This document shows, piece after piece, positions 46,104-59,830 of a stretch of 64,000 nt of DNA. A model generated the notes under the pieces. The model was given only the letters and a program-made list of their open reading frames with translations, had not been told where the DNA came from and made no database searches. This stretch comes from Euglena gracilis (taxonomy: Eukaryota), in the NCBI GenBank assembly GCA_039621445.1, contig CP154954.1:46789847-46853846 (forward strand), given 5' to 3'. Within the stretch, counting starts at the first letter, position 1. The number at the start of each line of letters is the position of its first letter. The translations under genes and the position numbers were made by a program.

Positions 46104-49100
46104 ACACAATTTTGCCATTTTTTTTGACTAATTCTGACAATTCCGTCCGATTTTTGGGTCCTTCTATTGTCATCGTGAAGGATTTCCATTTAAAAAGTTT
46201 TCAACGAAGTGAAAAAATTTACCTTGAAAGAGTGGAGGGTGCCCTCCAACCATGGTAAGTCCCCAGCCTCCACCGCAGACCACACCAAAGCAAGCAAAGC
46301 CAAGACCAAAGCAACCCAAAGCGCGGAGGTTCACCAGGGAAACACCCCCCCCCACCAAAAGGCGGCCCACCAGCACAAAAAAAAAAGACCGGTAGAAATT
46401 TGCCTCTCAAAAAAATCCGTTGACATCAGGGGTTTTTTTGCCCCCCCCCCCGATAAAGTCGACATTTTACGATATTTTTTGGGGACCCGATAAATTCGAG
46501 ATTTTCGATACACCCGATATGGGCCGATAACCAATATCCATCCTTGCTCTGAGTCAGGTGAACAGCACTCGTTACTGTGTTCTCTCCTAACTCTGCCACC
46601 GTTGGATGTATTTGTGTTGATGTATTTAATTATTTAGATTTGTGATTCCAGCTGGCTCACTAAACAGCTAGTAGGGTTTTTTTTTAAAAGAATATTTCTC
46701 ATCCGTCTTGGCACTCTTGTGAGGCAACAAGACTGGAGGGCTTCAGTGGACAAGGGAATGTGCTCAATTGTCGTGTTTTAGCATAAGAGCCCAACACGCG
46801 ATTTTTTTGCATTTCACATCACATGGGTTTGCATTTGCTGTCAAATTGTGCATTTTATCTCGCAAATGCCTACAAATTTTACCCAAAACTATACACTTTA
46901 ACCAAAAAATAATGCATCTTTTTCGAAAAAATTGCATTGGATGGTTTCTTTTTGGCACAACTGTCCTTTTTTTTCACAACGGGAATGGATCTTTTTAGTT
47001 AGTGATGTTTCTTTGTCTTTGAGTACCCCCCCCCTCTTTATTGTCCCACCCACCTTCAGTGTGTGGTAGGCGGGAGCCCGAACGGACAACAAAAAGGGGG
47101 GAGGACAATAAAGCCGTGCCGAGCGGACAATAAGGCCAAGGCCGACGAAAAACTATTGTCTGGTGTTGATCAGGGACAGAAGCTACACTTCCAAGCGGCG
47201 AATGGTTTTTTCACAAACCTCTGGGAACTGTGCACATGTCTCCGCCAAAGAGTGTGTGGCCCAAAAATTCACAATTTCATTCTTTCGAAGGGGGACGGTT
47301 TCAGGAGGGGCTGTTTGCTTGTTTGGAACACGATCAACAGGTTTCGGAACAACCACGGCTCCTTCGCGCCGGCTGTCCGGAAAGGCAGCCATAGGCTTGA
47401 AAGCCAACATAGTCTGGCGCATTTTGGGAGCCATGGCTGGAGAAAGAGAAGTGGCGGTCAAAAAAAATTTCCCGCAAAACAGGGACAATAAAGGGGGGGG
47501 ACAATAAAGTAATAAAGGGGGGGGGTAAAAATAAAAAGGAGACCTGGAATTTTTTTCCAGGAAAGGTGAAAAGTGCAAATGTATTGAGCTTGAAAAGTTG
47601 GCGTGGTCAAGTTTTTTGCCAGCTCTGGGAAAATGTATTTTAAGGTCGTGAAAAAAAAAACTGTGACACATTGAGGCAATTTGTTTTTGCCAGCCAATGG
47701 TCCCACTGCTGTATAATTATTAATCATTTGGATTTTGGTGGCTGGCACACTGCCACCATGGGTAGAGAACCAAGGTTGCTGCTTATGGCGGCCAAGGTCA
47801 GCTGCGGTGGGAGAGCCATGTGATTTGTCTGGGCAATGTCTTGTGTCTCTCCGGGGTGATGCTAGATGTTGCGGGTCCTGGCCCCCGTCTGTCCAACTTT
47901 GGTGCAGCATCACCACGGTCATTGCACAAAAAAAAACAGAAAAAAATGAAACATTTCAACAAGACTCGCGGAACATAGGGGAAGAGAGTGCTGGGTGTGG
48001 TCACGGTGGAGGTCAGCCACAGACAGAGCCCAATCCCCATCTCTTCAATTGTCGGTTGCCCCCCCCCTCACCGCCGTGGTGCTGCTGCCATTCACTGCTC
48101 AGCATCCCCCACTACGGTTGGGCCACTCTGGCACCTCATTTGACCCATCACCATGCCCCTCGGCAACGGAGCCATCCCCTCACCCCGTCATTGCCGCCGC
48201 CTTCGTCACCTCAATGCAAATCCCACCCACCTCACCAGTATTCACCTTCTCAATGTCATGATGTTTACACACTGAGGAATTAATGCCAACCATTAATGCC
48301 AATGTTTCGACTGGTTGCATAAACCCCAAGGCTCTCCACTACTGGACCGGCATCATTAACCCCACTTGAATCCACCTCATGCATCCCCCCCCTCTTGCCC
48401 CCAAAATACCCTTCCTTTTCAGTCCCTGGAGTTGTTCCACAAATGGCTCGGGCTGCCCGCGGGAGGCGCGGTGCTGGGTACGCCCACATCGACCTGCAGC
48501 ACTGCGCCCCGTGTGAGAGCCACACCCAAACCCAAACCAACCCCCCCCCCTAATAGGAGGTTAGGCATAGCAGGGGGGGTGAGCGGCCGCGGGGGGGGGG
48601 GGGGTCCAAGGATGGCCGCGCAAAAAAAAAAAGCTTGTTGGGCCGCGCGCTGCCCTAAATTTGCCATTTTATGTCCGAAAATGGCCATTTTTGGCCATTT
48701 TTGGGCCTCAAAAAAGTTTCGATTTTTGCGAAGTTTTTTGGGGGGGTAAGGTTGTTTCGATTAATCAATTTTTTGATTAATCGTTCGCCACCCCTTGATT
48801 AATTGTTCATTCGGCCAGGGGGTGATTAATCGAAATAATCGGTCTTCCCAAGGAAACCATTGAAAAAGCAGTGCAGGAAAACACTTGGGAGTGATCACTT
48901 TGGAGGCTCTGTCTCACAGAAATGTCACTGTGTGTTGCTTTCTCTTGGGGGAAACAAAAACCAAAAAAAAAACAACCTTTAACCGAAATCTGTCCTCCAA
49001 CCCCCCCCTCCCCCGATGTGGGCGATGCTTTGACTTGGGCACAACCAGATTGATGAAGTCCTTCAGACCCACAACAACGCGCATGGCGTATATTTTGGTT

Positions 49101-52100
49101 GACCATCTGAGAAGACCCAAATATGAGCTGAATAAATAAATAAATAAAAATACTCTTGAAATCCTCTTAAAATGCTGCCATACCCAAGAGGTTGCCATAA
49201 CAAAAGCAAAGCTGTGCAGGGAACAGATCCTGAAAGGAAAAAAATCATTTTTAAGCAAAAACATTATTTTTCAAGGGAAATGAAGCGTTTGTTGGTCATC
49301 ATAATGCTAGGTAACCAAAGGAGGCATTAATCGTTCGGTAATCGTTCGCCACCCCCCCCCCCCGATTAATCGGCACTAATCGTTCGGTGCCGTCGATTAA
49401 GATTAATCGTCCAACCTTAGGGGGGGAAGCTGGGCACAGTGGGGTGAGGAGGGGGGGCGAAGGGGGGGGGGGCGAGCGGAGGCCGCGCGAGGGGGGTGCT
49501 GGTAAAGGAATTTTTGTTGACCCCCCGATAGTGTCCCCCCCCCCCGATGCGTCCCATACCCGCCCTGTGGTTGAGCCATGTATGTGACGCTACCGGGGGG
49601 CATGGTACTTTTAGGTGCCCTTGACCCGTTATATGGCCTGGGTACGGACCATAGTCCGCAATTTTTCTGCACCGTGTTTAGAGAGGCCTGGCGCCTGCCC
49701 TGTATTTTGTTGATGCGCTTTACGCCATGGTTTCAGGCACTTTTTTGTCATTTTTTTTGCGAAAAACCCTGTTCACGAAAATATGCCCTGTTATTTTGTG
49801 TTCACCTGTTCACAAAAAACAGGGCATATTTTGAGGGGCCGGGCCTCTAAACACGGTTACAAAAGCCACAGGAGGGCAAAGAGAAGTTTTCATGGCTCTG
49901 CAAGTATATTTCCAATGAATATTTTTATAAAATACTTTCCCCCGGCAAAAAAAAGTGGGGGCGGGTGTGCTGTGGACCTTCTTGGCCATTTGGGCCAACT
50001 TTTTTACTTTTGGCAAGTTAAGGTCAGCATTCCCAAATTTGGCAAATGACAAGGGTTTCTGACAGACAATTGACATTAATATGACATGTAGACATTTGTC
50101 AAAAACAGAAACCCCGGTCCGCGTTAGGAATGGCCAATCCCACATTAATGTCCGCCCTCCCACGGGGGTATTCCAGGTTTTTTCTTCTTCGGCAGGAGCT
50201 TTGTTTAGGGCTTTTTTTGTTTTGGGCCAGATGGTGCCAGATTTTGACCAGAAACGTTTTATCCTGAGATGCTCGTTTTCTTCTGAAACTTGTTTTTTTG
50301 TCCATTGCATTCTTTTTTTGCTGTGCAACAAGTTCTCTTTGCTCAAGAAAGCTGAAAAATTGGGGGGGTGCAGTTTTTGAGCCTGGCAAATGGGTAAGTT
50401 TTGGAGGCTTTGTGATGGCCAGTTTTGGACCGATGGGTGGCCATGTTTATGGCTAGTTTTGTTGGCGATATTTTCATATTTTGAATGGCCACAAGTTTTT
50501 TTGGGGGGCGGGTGCCTCTGGCAGGCATCTTTTTGTCCGAGCTCCTACGGGTTAAAGCCAACAGGCGGGCCGTACTCCGGTCCGAACATTCACCCAGGCG
50601 AACTTAGGCCCGGACGAACTTAGTCCCCCGCCGGCACACATTCATTCCTTATCTAGCCATCACTGCGTGCGGCGTGCGCATTGTTTGGTCTGGATAGCCG
50701 GGCGGCGAGCGACAGTGGCTTTCATCTGGACGGACGGCTGGACAGCCGGCATGTTGGTCGGCTAGGTTGGTCTGCCAGCCGGCTAGGTTGGTCTGCCAGG
50801 CGGCTAGGTTGGTCCGGCCAAACGCCCCCGAAAAGCCGGGTCCATAAATGACGGGGCAGCATTTGTGCTCTAACGGTCTCGCCGTAACATTTTTGACAAA
50901 ACCGATGTAAATTATTCCCTAGGTTTCTGACTGACAAGGATAAACGTCTGTTTTTTACTATTGACAAATGTTCTCCTTTTCGACGACCGGAATGCTGGTT
51001 AACGTGACCCCCCCCCTAAATGGTACCCCCCCGGGAGCGTTTTGACCCCCCTGGCGACAATTAGGGGGGGGGTGACAATTAGGGGGGGGTTACTCAATTT
51101 ACCCTACCCGTCCATGGGTCCATGGGTACCATGCACCCCCTCCATATTGTACCCCCCCCCTGGGAGCCATTTTCTGGGGGGGAGGTACATTATGGGGGGG
51201 GTACAATATGGGGGGGGCCAAGGTCATGGTCCAATGGTCACTCCGATCGAAACCATACACAGTCAATCCAATGGGGGGGGTACATTATGGGGGGGTACAA
51301 TATGGGGGGGGGGCACCCCCCCCCTAATTGTCGCCCCCCCAAGGGGGGGGGGGGGCGACAATTAGGGGGGGGGTGACATATAGGGGGGGGGTCACGTTAA
51401 GGTCATTTCAAGCCTTTTTTTTTGGCCATTTTGGGCTGCTATTTCCATTTTTTTAGTCATTTTTTGGTCATTTTTAGCCCAAAATGACCAAAGAAATGCC
51501 TCAAGGGTCCCAGGCACTTCCTGAAAATATTCATTTTTGGCATATTTTTGTTCACATGTTTGCGCATTTTTGCACATGCTCCATGCCTTTTTTATGCACG
51601 TTTGATGCCTTTGCAGCAGGCAGTGCTTTTTAGGGTGTGCCCATTTTCAACTACTAAGGGTCGCGGGAGTAACATCCAGATGTGGCGAAAAAGGCGGGGT
51701 TCAGGGGCAAAGGACCGGCAAAAGTTGCGGGGCTGGGTGGTGAAAGGTTCCTGGCCGGGGGGCGGAAATTTTTAAGGTTGGCGATAAGGGGGTGTACGGG
51801 TCGTGGGGGGCGGTCGCGGGGGGGGGGGGGCGCGGGGGGAACGTGGCAGTTTTGACAGGTCACGTGTGACCAGTGTGACCTCACTTACAACGTCAGACAG
51901 GACCTATTTTTAGTACTTTTGGGTCCAAAAACAGATCTAATTAGGAATTTATCACATTTTTGGCAATTTTGATTTCTAATTTGGGTGCCAATTCCTAATT
52001 AGGCGCCATTTTTTGGCTCTTACTGGGATGCGGAAACCCTCCATGTGTGGGTCGCAGGGGGGGTCGCGGGGAGGGGGGTCGCGGGGGGGGGTCGCGGGGG

Positions 52101-55051
52101 ATACACCCCCTAAGAACTTGACTTTTCATTGAACCTTTTGGCTGTTTTGCTGTTGGACGTCGCTACTGTCTCGCCGCCCTTTGGGGGGGGGACAAAACAA
52201 GTCTGGAACTCAATGGATGGGTTGGAGTGGACGGAAGCCTTCCTTTTTTCAAATTTGGAGTTGTTGTTTGTGAATATATCCACTGCGTCTCCCCGCCATT
52301 CAAGTGGCAACAGGAAACACATTATGTTAATTTGGCTTCTAAAATTCAAATTTTCAGAGAGCACACCATTTCTGTTGACAAATTTGGCCCTTTTTGGGGA
52401 AGCTTTTTTGGAAAGGTGCATTACCTTCCAGCCGCCCTTCGGCTGGACGGTTCTATGCAAAATGGCTTGGAGGGGGCGGGTTTTGGGAGGCAACCTGATT
52501 ACCGTCTTTTTTTCCCGCATTCTGCCCTCTTTTTTTTGAAATCCCAAAGCACAAAAGGCATGGAAAATTTCACAAACCCACTTGTTGCCATCAAATTCGG
52601 CCGTTGCCGATTGCCAGACCGTGAAGACCTGACTCTCCTTGCTGCTGGAGCGTACAGGCACACGTTGACGACTGCGGATTTCCATTGTTGTGTTTGGAAG
52701 GTCCTCGACCCTAGGGCAGCCCAACCAAAGAAGTAGGTGGAAAATTTTTAATTGAAAGGCTCTCCGGCCCAACACTCCAAAGGCCGTCCCACCCTATTCC
52801 ACACGAACCGCTGTTTCGTCACCCACAATGATTCACTTGATGTTCTTTTGGCTCACCAAGGAGTGCAAGAGGGCCCCAAATGTTGCGATTTTCTCCTTGT
52901 ATTCCGCAGGCATCAACCGTTGAACTCCTGAGGAATTTGAAATTGTGGCTTGTTCTGGTTTTTTCGCCACACCTGAAACTCGGCGATCCACAATTTTGTA
53001 ATCCCTTCTCCATCAACGGAAGAACCTGTCTTTGCGTTGTGTCCCAATCCTATCGAAGTCCTGCGTAATTCCAGATCCCAACTTCTTCGCATACGCCTCC
53101 AACAACGAGCTCTCACACCCACAAAGAAGTCAAACAAGGCACTTGCCAAGTCTTTGTACCTGGGGAATAGCTGGCGCTTTTTTGTTGCATTTAAAAAAAA
53201 ACTGTTTTTTTATATTTTTAAAAAAAATTAAAAAAATGTCAAAAAAATGGCAAAAAAACAAAGGGAAAAATGATGGACCCAAAATTGCCTTACCCTCACC
53301 CCCCCCCATTTGGCTAATGGCCGGGCTCCTTCGGACCCCCAATTAGCCAATTAGGGGGGGGGGGTTACCCCGGCCAATGGCCAATAAGCCTGACCCCCCT
53401 TAATTGGCTAATGGACCGTCCAACGGGACCCCCAATTAGCCAATTGGGGGGGGGGGGGGCAAATAGGGGGGGGTGAGGGTAATTGCAAGTATGAACCTGA
53501 AACCAGCCAAAACGACTCAAAAACCAATGTTTTGGCCAGAATACCCCAAAATGGGAATGTTTGGGCGAAAACAACTGGAGGTTCGGCACGTCTGACGAGG
53601 ACCCTCGGCCACCAGGGGGGGGGGTCCCCATTTTGCCGTGCCGAGGGGGTCAGTCCCCCAGGGGGGTCCACCGTGGCGGATAGCCGGAATTTCCCAAAGG
53701 AAAATTCATTGGTATGGTTCGGCATGCTGTGCCGAGGGGGTCGGCTGACCAGGGGGGAGTCCCCATTTTGCCGCGCCGAGGGGGTCCGACCACCATGGGG
53801 GGGGGGGGGGGGGGCGGCCGAACCTCCGGGGGTGAGTCGGGTTGCGGGGGAGGGGGTTGCGGGGGGAAAACCGATTTTTCCAGGTCAAAATTAGGAATCA
53901 CCAAGTCGCAAAAATTGGATGATGCCCCAAAAAATTAGGCATTTCCACACATCAAATTAGGATTTTGGTTCCAAATTGGGCATTGCCAACCCAAAATTTT
54001 GACCCATTTGCCCTTATTGGAGCCAAAAATGTGCACGACAACTATATTTTAACCAAAATTAGGCATCTCCCACCCAGAAGAAATTTTCCCAGAATTGGGC
54101 CTCCGGTTGCGGGGGGGTTGCGGGGGGGACACCCCCTCCACTACAAACACTACCTTGATAACTTCCATCTTGAACTCTGCAGTGTAACCACTTCTGCCTC
54201 CTCTCTCTTGGGTCCCCATGGGTAGGTGGCGAAGCGGGTGGAGCCACCACGGTTGTTTGTCAGTGGCAAGCTGAAGAGGAGCCAATTAAAAAAAACTTTT
54301 TCTTGGAGACATGCAAACCTGCACCACTTCTCCAAGCAAAGTTGAAGTGGATGATGATGCCAAGGTGGCCTTGGGGACCACAAGAATCTTCATTTGACGC
54401 TGGTGACAAATAAAACTGTGTGGGAAAAAGTGCCCTGCCGTCGTAGTCTTCCTGAACCCAGGATGGGAAGAGTACGGTGGAGAATAGTATGGGGGGATGG
54501 TGCACACTTTGCAAAAAAACTCTTTCCGAAATCTCGGAGGATTCAGATGGTTAGAGAGAGGGAAGGGGGCGGGAAGGTGGGACGCAGAAGACGGGAAAGG
54601 GGTCCGAAAAGCAAGGTTTCAGGGGTAAACGTCTTCACTTACTAGGGCAGCATCGTGCGATCTGTGGCTCTTTCCGCCAGGCGAAGTTGGTGGGCTACTG
54701 CCCGCGCCAGCGTGACGGGACAAATTCTCTGTCAACTCCTGGAACCGGCACTGTCACAGAGAATTTGCCAGCGGCCGGGCCGGGACAGCCCCATGGGTTG
54801 AAGGCAATACCAGAGTACTCCCACTGATGCCGCGCGCACCTTGGGGGCGGACGGACGGACAGACGGACGGCTGGTGAAAAAAGCGAAGGTCCGGAGGGAC
54901 GGCTGACCTTGTGGGCTTGGTACAGACGGCTGAAGAAAATGCACTTGGTCCAGCTGGCCGGCTGGCTGGCCGGCTAGCCGGCCGGGTCTTTGGAAGCGCA
55001 GGCGTCTCAGTGCACGCGACTCTGGGCGGATATATACCAATTTTGCCATGG

Positions 55052-55131
55052 CCCTGCGTTAGTCCAGCGGACAGAGGGCCGGATTCGATCGGTACCATCT
55101 TCTGGAAGCGCGGGTTCGAGTCCCGATGAGC
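55052..55131 (+). other. Degenerate tRNA-like / Pol III promoter-like sequence
   Basis: TAGTCCAGCGG (A-box-like); CGGG-TTCGAGT-CCCG T-arm; CCGGA/TCTGG stem. Confidence 0.35.
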
Positions 55132-56958
55132 TAAACTCTGAGCCGGGAGTGCACGGGACTTGAACCAGCCATGGCATACGGCGCTGCCAGGCGGGGTAAG
55201 GAATGGCCGTCGTACGGCGGGAAGTTCCGATGGCGCCGAGGTGGAAATCAGCAACCAGAGGCTCGACCCTGGCGTGCCTGATGGGTAAGGGCCGGTGAAC
55301 AATCGTTTCACCGGCGGTTGCCTACCTGACGTGTCACGATTAAACCATTGCGGCTTCGGCCGAGCAGTGACACCAAGGACAAGCAACCCCTATCAAGCAC
55401 GCCATCGCCAAGCATCACGAGTTGAGGCAAGGGATGGAGGACTTCGAGTGCCTCGAACCCTAGGGCTAATGCCCCCTGGCGGAGTGTAGCTCCACAGGCG
55501 AGAAAGTGAAATGGACATTCAAAAGAGGACATACACATTTTGCCATGGCCGGTGTGGATGCGCTCCAAGGTTGAGATTGCCAAGTTTTTGCTGACAGATT
55601 CAAAGCTGGAACGGAAGGATTTTTTTTTTTGGTCCGGCCGGCTGGCAAGACAGACATAGATATTGGTCCAGCTTGACGGAGACGGACGGCTGGCGAAAAA
55701 ATGCTTCGTCCGGACGGACGGCTGGGCGTCCAGCATTGGTCCGGCTGAAGAGGTCCGGACGGCTCGGACGGTTAGCCGGCCAGCCGCCCCCCTTTCTTCC
55801 GCGTGATTTCGTTTGTCAAGTTCAGCACCTGGCAGTCTCCGCAGAACACGGGTGAGATTCAGGGGCCATCGGGAGGGGCCCAAAGGGTGTTCAATGGTAA
55901 GGTCAGCATCATGAGTGCCAGATTCGCAACTTTGAACTCTTCAGTTTCTGAATGCCTCTTCCGGCCATTCAACTGACTTTCAGCCTCCCTTCCAGTTGGC
56001 AGTTTTGAATTCATATCCCCAAAACTTGGAACTTTTCAAAGAATTCCACTTGGTATTCAAGGCACAATTCCTTCTGCCATGGGAGTTGAAGAGTTCAGGA
56101 CTGGTTCCGCCTATACACAAACATATGGACAGTACCCCATTTTAGGAATCTCCACAATGTGGAGATCTTCCGCAGTGTCTTGTTTTCTATTTCTTTTTCT
56201 GTCGCCTGGCCCCCCGGGGCTCGCCGCCAACACTCCCCTCCCGGAACGCTTGCGTACCGCCTTCGGCAATACACAAGGCAGCCCCGGGAAATTGGGCAAT
56301 GCTGCGGCCTCCTCCTCTATTCTTGGCCTTCGGCCGTTCCTCGGTGCTTTTGTTCTCCTCGGGCCCGGGGGGGGCGGCGCTTCTTTTTTTTTGTTTTGGC
56401 GTGGAACGAGGTCGAAGGGATCCCCCTGAAATTATAATTTACATGATGGGGAATCTCTCCTGCAGTAACAAACCACAGAGCAGATGGGAAGATGGAATGG
56501 GCATCCAAACCCACTTGGGGCTCGCTCACTGGGTATCCCCCTTTTCCCAGTGAATTAGTCCCAAGAACCCACCTCGTTGGGACCCCATGAAGGGGGTCTC
56601 CTTCATGAAATTCAGACAGCTGGGGGGGCAGGGATACCAGCAGTGGTGTACAGGCAGAAAACACTCCTCCTGGTTGATGAATCCTCTGTCCAGTCTGATT
56701 AGAGATGGGGTACCCACTTCCCAGGTGAGGTCAAGGTTCGGGCTGCCAACTCCATGTCCATGGCTGCCCAGGATGGTCGATGATAGCCAATGTGCTGTCC
56801 AAAGGGAAGGGTTTCCCAACTCACCACCCCAGTGCTGCCCAAGAGGTACCTCTTCCAGATAACGGGTGGCCAATGTCCACAGGGGCTGCCCAGCAACTTT
56901 GGAACACTCAACCAGTGGGGCTCCAGCACATCTCTATCCAGGCTCCCAGGCTCAATGA

Positions 56959-57834
56959 TCAATTTTGACTTCCTTGCAGCATCATCTCCCTTCTCTTTCT
57001 TCTCCTTGCTGCACTGGTCAACTTGCCATCCACAATTGCTCTGTCGACTTGCACTTCCTCATTACCACTCTTGATCTCGAATCTGTCCAGCAGACAGACA
57101 TGGACTCCCCATCTCAATGGCCCTGTGGCTTTTCCTTGCAGCTCAAAAAACAATGTACCTTCGGGGAAATACATTCTTCTTCTGGAGATCTTCAATAGAA
57201 TTTCCAGCCAGCTTGATGCCCAATCTGGGGCAATGAAGATTCCCCTTGCTCCATCACTCATGACCTTCATCACTGCTTGACTCAATTGACTGAAGGGGGG
57301 GTTCAGCCACACCCACAATGGTGGTCCCCACCCTGTCTTCCAGGCATCTGTCATGTACTGGTTGAACCTTCTGTTCTCAAAATTGTTGAACACATCCACC
57401 AATTGACTTTCAGTCAAGTCAAAACTTGTGACAATCCCTTGCACATAGACAAACCTGACAGCGTAATCTTCAGAAGTCCACTTCACTTTCACTTCTGGAC
57501 CTTCAGCAGTAACACAATGCAATGTCTTCTCCTGCAGAATGTCCAATTCCTTGTCAAAGGTCTCCAGCTCCAGACACCACTTGCAGTTGCAGCCAGGAGT
57601 ATAGGAGCTCCATCCACCAGTTGGAAGCAATACCAGAACCTGATTGACAATGGATGATACCTCACAGAAGTTGAACTTTTGTGAATCAATGTAGCTGGCG
57701 CTTGTTCTCTGAGCAAATACTCTGCTGCAACTTGGACATTTGTCCTCACCATTGAACTCTTCAGTTTCTGAATGCCTCTTCCGGCCATCCAACTGACTTT
57801 CAGCCTCCCTTCCAGTTGGCAGTTTTGAATTCAT
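56959..57834 (-). CDS. DNA N6-adenine methyltransferase (phage-Dam/retrotransposon-associated type), 291 aa
   Basis: Uninterrupted ORF; VDVF..NRRF..DAW...W..VWLNPPF..IFIAPDW signature; N-terminal CxCxWC motif; basic C-terminus. Confidence 0.85.
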   Translation of the reverse strand: MNSKLPTGREAESQLDGRKRHSETEEFNGEDKCPSCSRVFAQRTSASYIDSQKFNFCEVSSIVNQVLVLLPTGGWSSYTPGCNCKWCLELETFDKELDILQEKTLHCVTAEGPEVKVKWTSEDYAVRFVYVQGIVTSFDLTESQLVDVFNNFENRRFNQYMTDAWKTGWGPPLWVWLNPPFSQLSQAVMKVMSDGARGIFIAPDWASSWLEILLKISRRRMYFPEGTLFFELQGKATGPLRWGVHVCLLDRFEIKSGNEEVQVDRAIVDGKLTSAARRRKRREMMLQGSQN

Positions 57835-58007
57835 ATCCCCAAAACTTGGAACTTTTCAAAGAATTCCACTTGGTATTCAAGGCACAATTCCTTCTGCCAT
57901 GGGAGTTGAAGAGTTCAGGACTGGTTCCGCCTATACACAAACATATGGACAGTACCCCCATTTTAGGAATCTCCACAATGTGGAGATCTTCCGCGGTGTC
58001 TTGTTTT

Positions 58008-59830
58008 ATTGCGGCAGGAGAAGTTTTAAGACGATTGATTGCAAAAGTTCTGTTAAAAGAAGCCACTGTACGAAACACGCTGATTGACGGGCTGCCTGGG
58101 CAAGTCGGTGTAGGCCATTCTGACGCTTGTGCTCTCACCAGTATTGCATTGCAACAAATTATTCAAGGACTGCAAAAGGCAGGGAAAACAGAATGGGCTG
58201 TTCTGCAGTTGGATTTTGCAAACGCCTTCAATCAATTGAAACGGGAACCCATGTTACATCAAGTGCGACAGCAGGTACCACACATGACAGCTTGGATTGA
58301 ATCATGCTATGGTTCACATTCCCCTTTGTATTGTGGAAACACAAGCCTGAGGTCAAAAACGGGAGTTCAACAAGGGGACCCTTGTGGCCCGGCTCTTTTC
58401 TGCATTGCGGTGCAACCTTTGGTCAACAAAATTGCAGAAATGGTGCCATGGCAGTGCTGGTACCTGGACGACTGCCATCTAATTGGATCCATGGAACAGC
58501 TGGATCGTGTGGTGCGCATGCTCTTGGCAGACGGTCCTGCAATTGGGGTCAGTCTCAACATGGACAAATGTCGGCTGTGGGGCCCAGCCGTCAATGATGC
58601 CTTTCGCAGACTGCCACAGGGAAGCACTGTGTTGCAGCGAATACCGGCAACATCCTTTGTGGAGGGATCTGGAATCAAAGCCCTGGGGATACCTGTGACG
58701 TACCCGGGAGATGACACGTTTGCGCGATCCATTTGGCAGGACAGATTGAAAGCTTGTGAAAAATTGTGCTACTTGCTGCAGTTCATTCCTTCTGGCCACA
58801 TTCGTTTCCAGCTGTTGCGCCAGTGCATTGCCAGCAGCAAAGTAAATGATCTTCTGCGAGGAACACCGCTGAGCTCTTCTGAAGATATGGTACGGCTCTT
58901 CTCTGCCCTGGTCCGTAACAGTTTGAGCAACATTGCAGGGAGACAGCTCACTGAAGCTCAATGGGAGCAATCCACCATCCCCATTCGACTGGGAGGCCTG
59001 GGCCTGCAAGATGCAACAAAGACCAGGCCAGTGGCCAGATGGGCTGCAATTTTGGATTTTTGCAAAAGAGCAGAACACAGTGTCTCGTTCCCGAAAGAAT
59101 TTGAGATGTTACCATCAGACTTCGTTCTGACAGGTCGCACAGTTGAACAAATCACGGGGGAGAGTCATTTGACAACATTGATACTACAGGACTCCAATCG
59201 GATTCCTCACCTGGGGAAAGTGGAAAGTTCCCAGAAATTCTGGAATGACAAGCTCTCTGAGAAACGAGGAGCTGACCTGGTAACGCATTCCACCGGGGCT
59301 GACAAGGTGCGCATTTTGAGCCAACAGAAACCTCATGCATTGGCGTGGGTGGCAGCAAACCCTTCTGCAGCAAAAAAGACATTGATGCCCCCAGGAGAAT
59401 TCCGAGCAGTTCTACAATGGACTCTGGGGATGACTGTTGTAGCTCCACACGAAGGTTTGGAGGCAAAGTGTCCGCGATGTGAGACAGTGATGGATGATCA
59501 AGGGAATCACCTGGTTTGTTGCGCAAAAAACAATTTGGCACGGCGACATGCAGGAATTCAAAACTTCATCCTACAGCTGGCACAGGCGGCAGGCTATACT
59601 GCTCGGCGTGAAGAGGGCACTGGAGATGGAAGACGACCTGGGGATGTTTTCATCACTAGGTTCGATGCAAACGGCCCAGCTGCAATAGATGTCTCAGTGC
59701 GGCATCCACTGGCGCCGTCCCATCCAGTGACTGATCAAAGCTGGGAACGGTGGCATGAAAGACAGGAGAAAGAAAAAGTGACAAAGTACAAAGATGTTTG
59801 CAGCAGGCTGGGATGGTCATTTGTGCCCCT
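58008..59830 (+). CDS. Reverse transcriptase-RLE polyprotein fragment, continuing at 61696-61936 after the LTR insertion
   Basis: LDFANAFN, GVQQGDP, WYLDD, GGLGL, CPRC...H...C, RHAG, RPGD, IDVSV, EKEKVTKY, FVPL|ILDCFGG; no stops in the fragment. Confidence 0.9.

Noticed and set aside
50050-53150. Host protein-coding genes in ORFs 49810-50346 and 52110-52775
   Set aside because: No recognisable motifs; fragmented and embedded among MITEs, so at most transposase relics.
57741-57751. TGGTGAGGAC as a tRNA primer-binding site of LTR element 1
   Set aside because: I cannot match it to a tRNA 3' end, a similar TGGTGAGG lies inside the LTR of element 2, and the true LTR end is uncertain. Not fully excluded.
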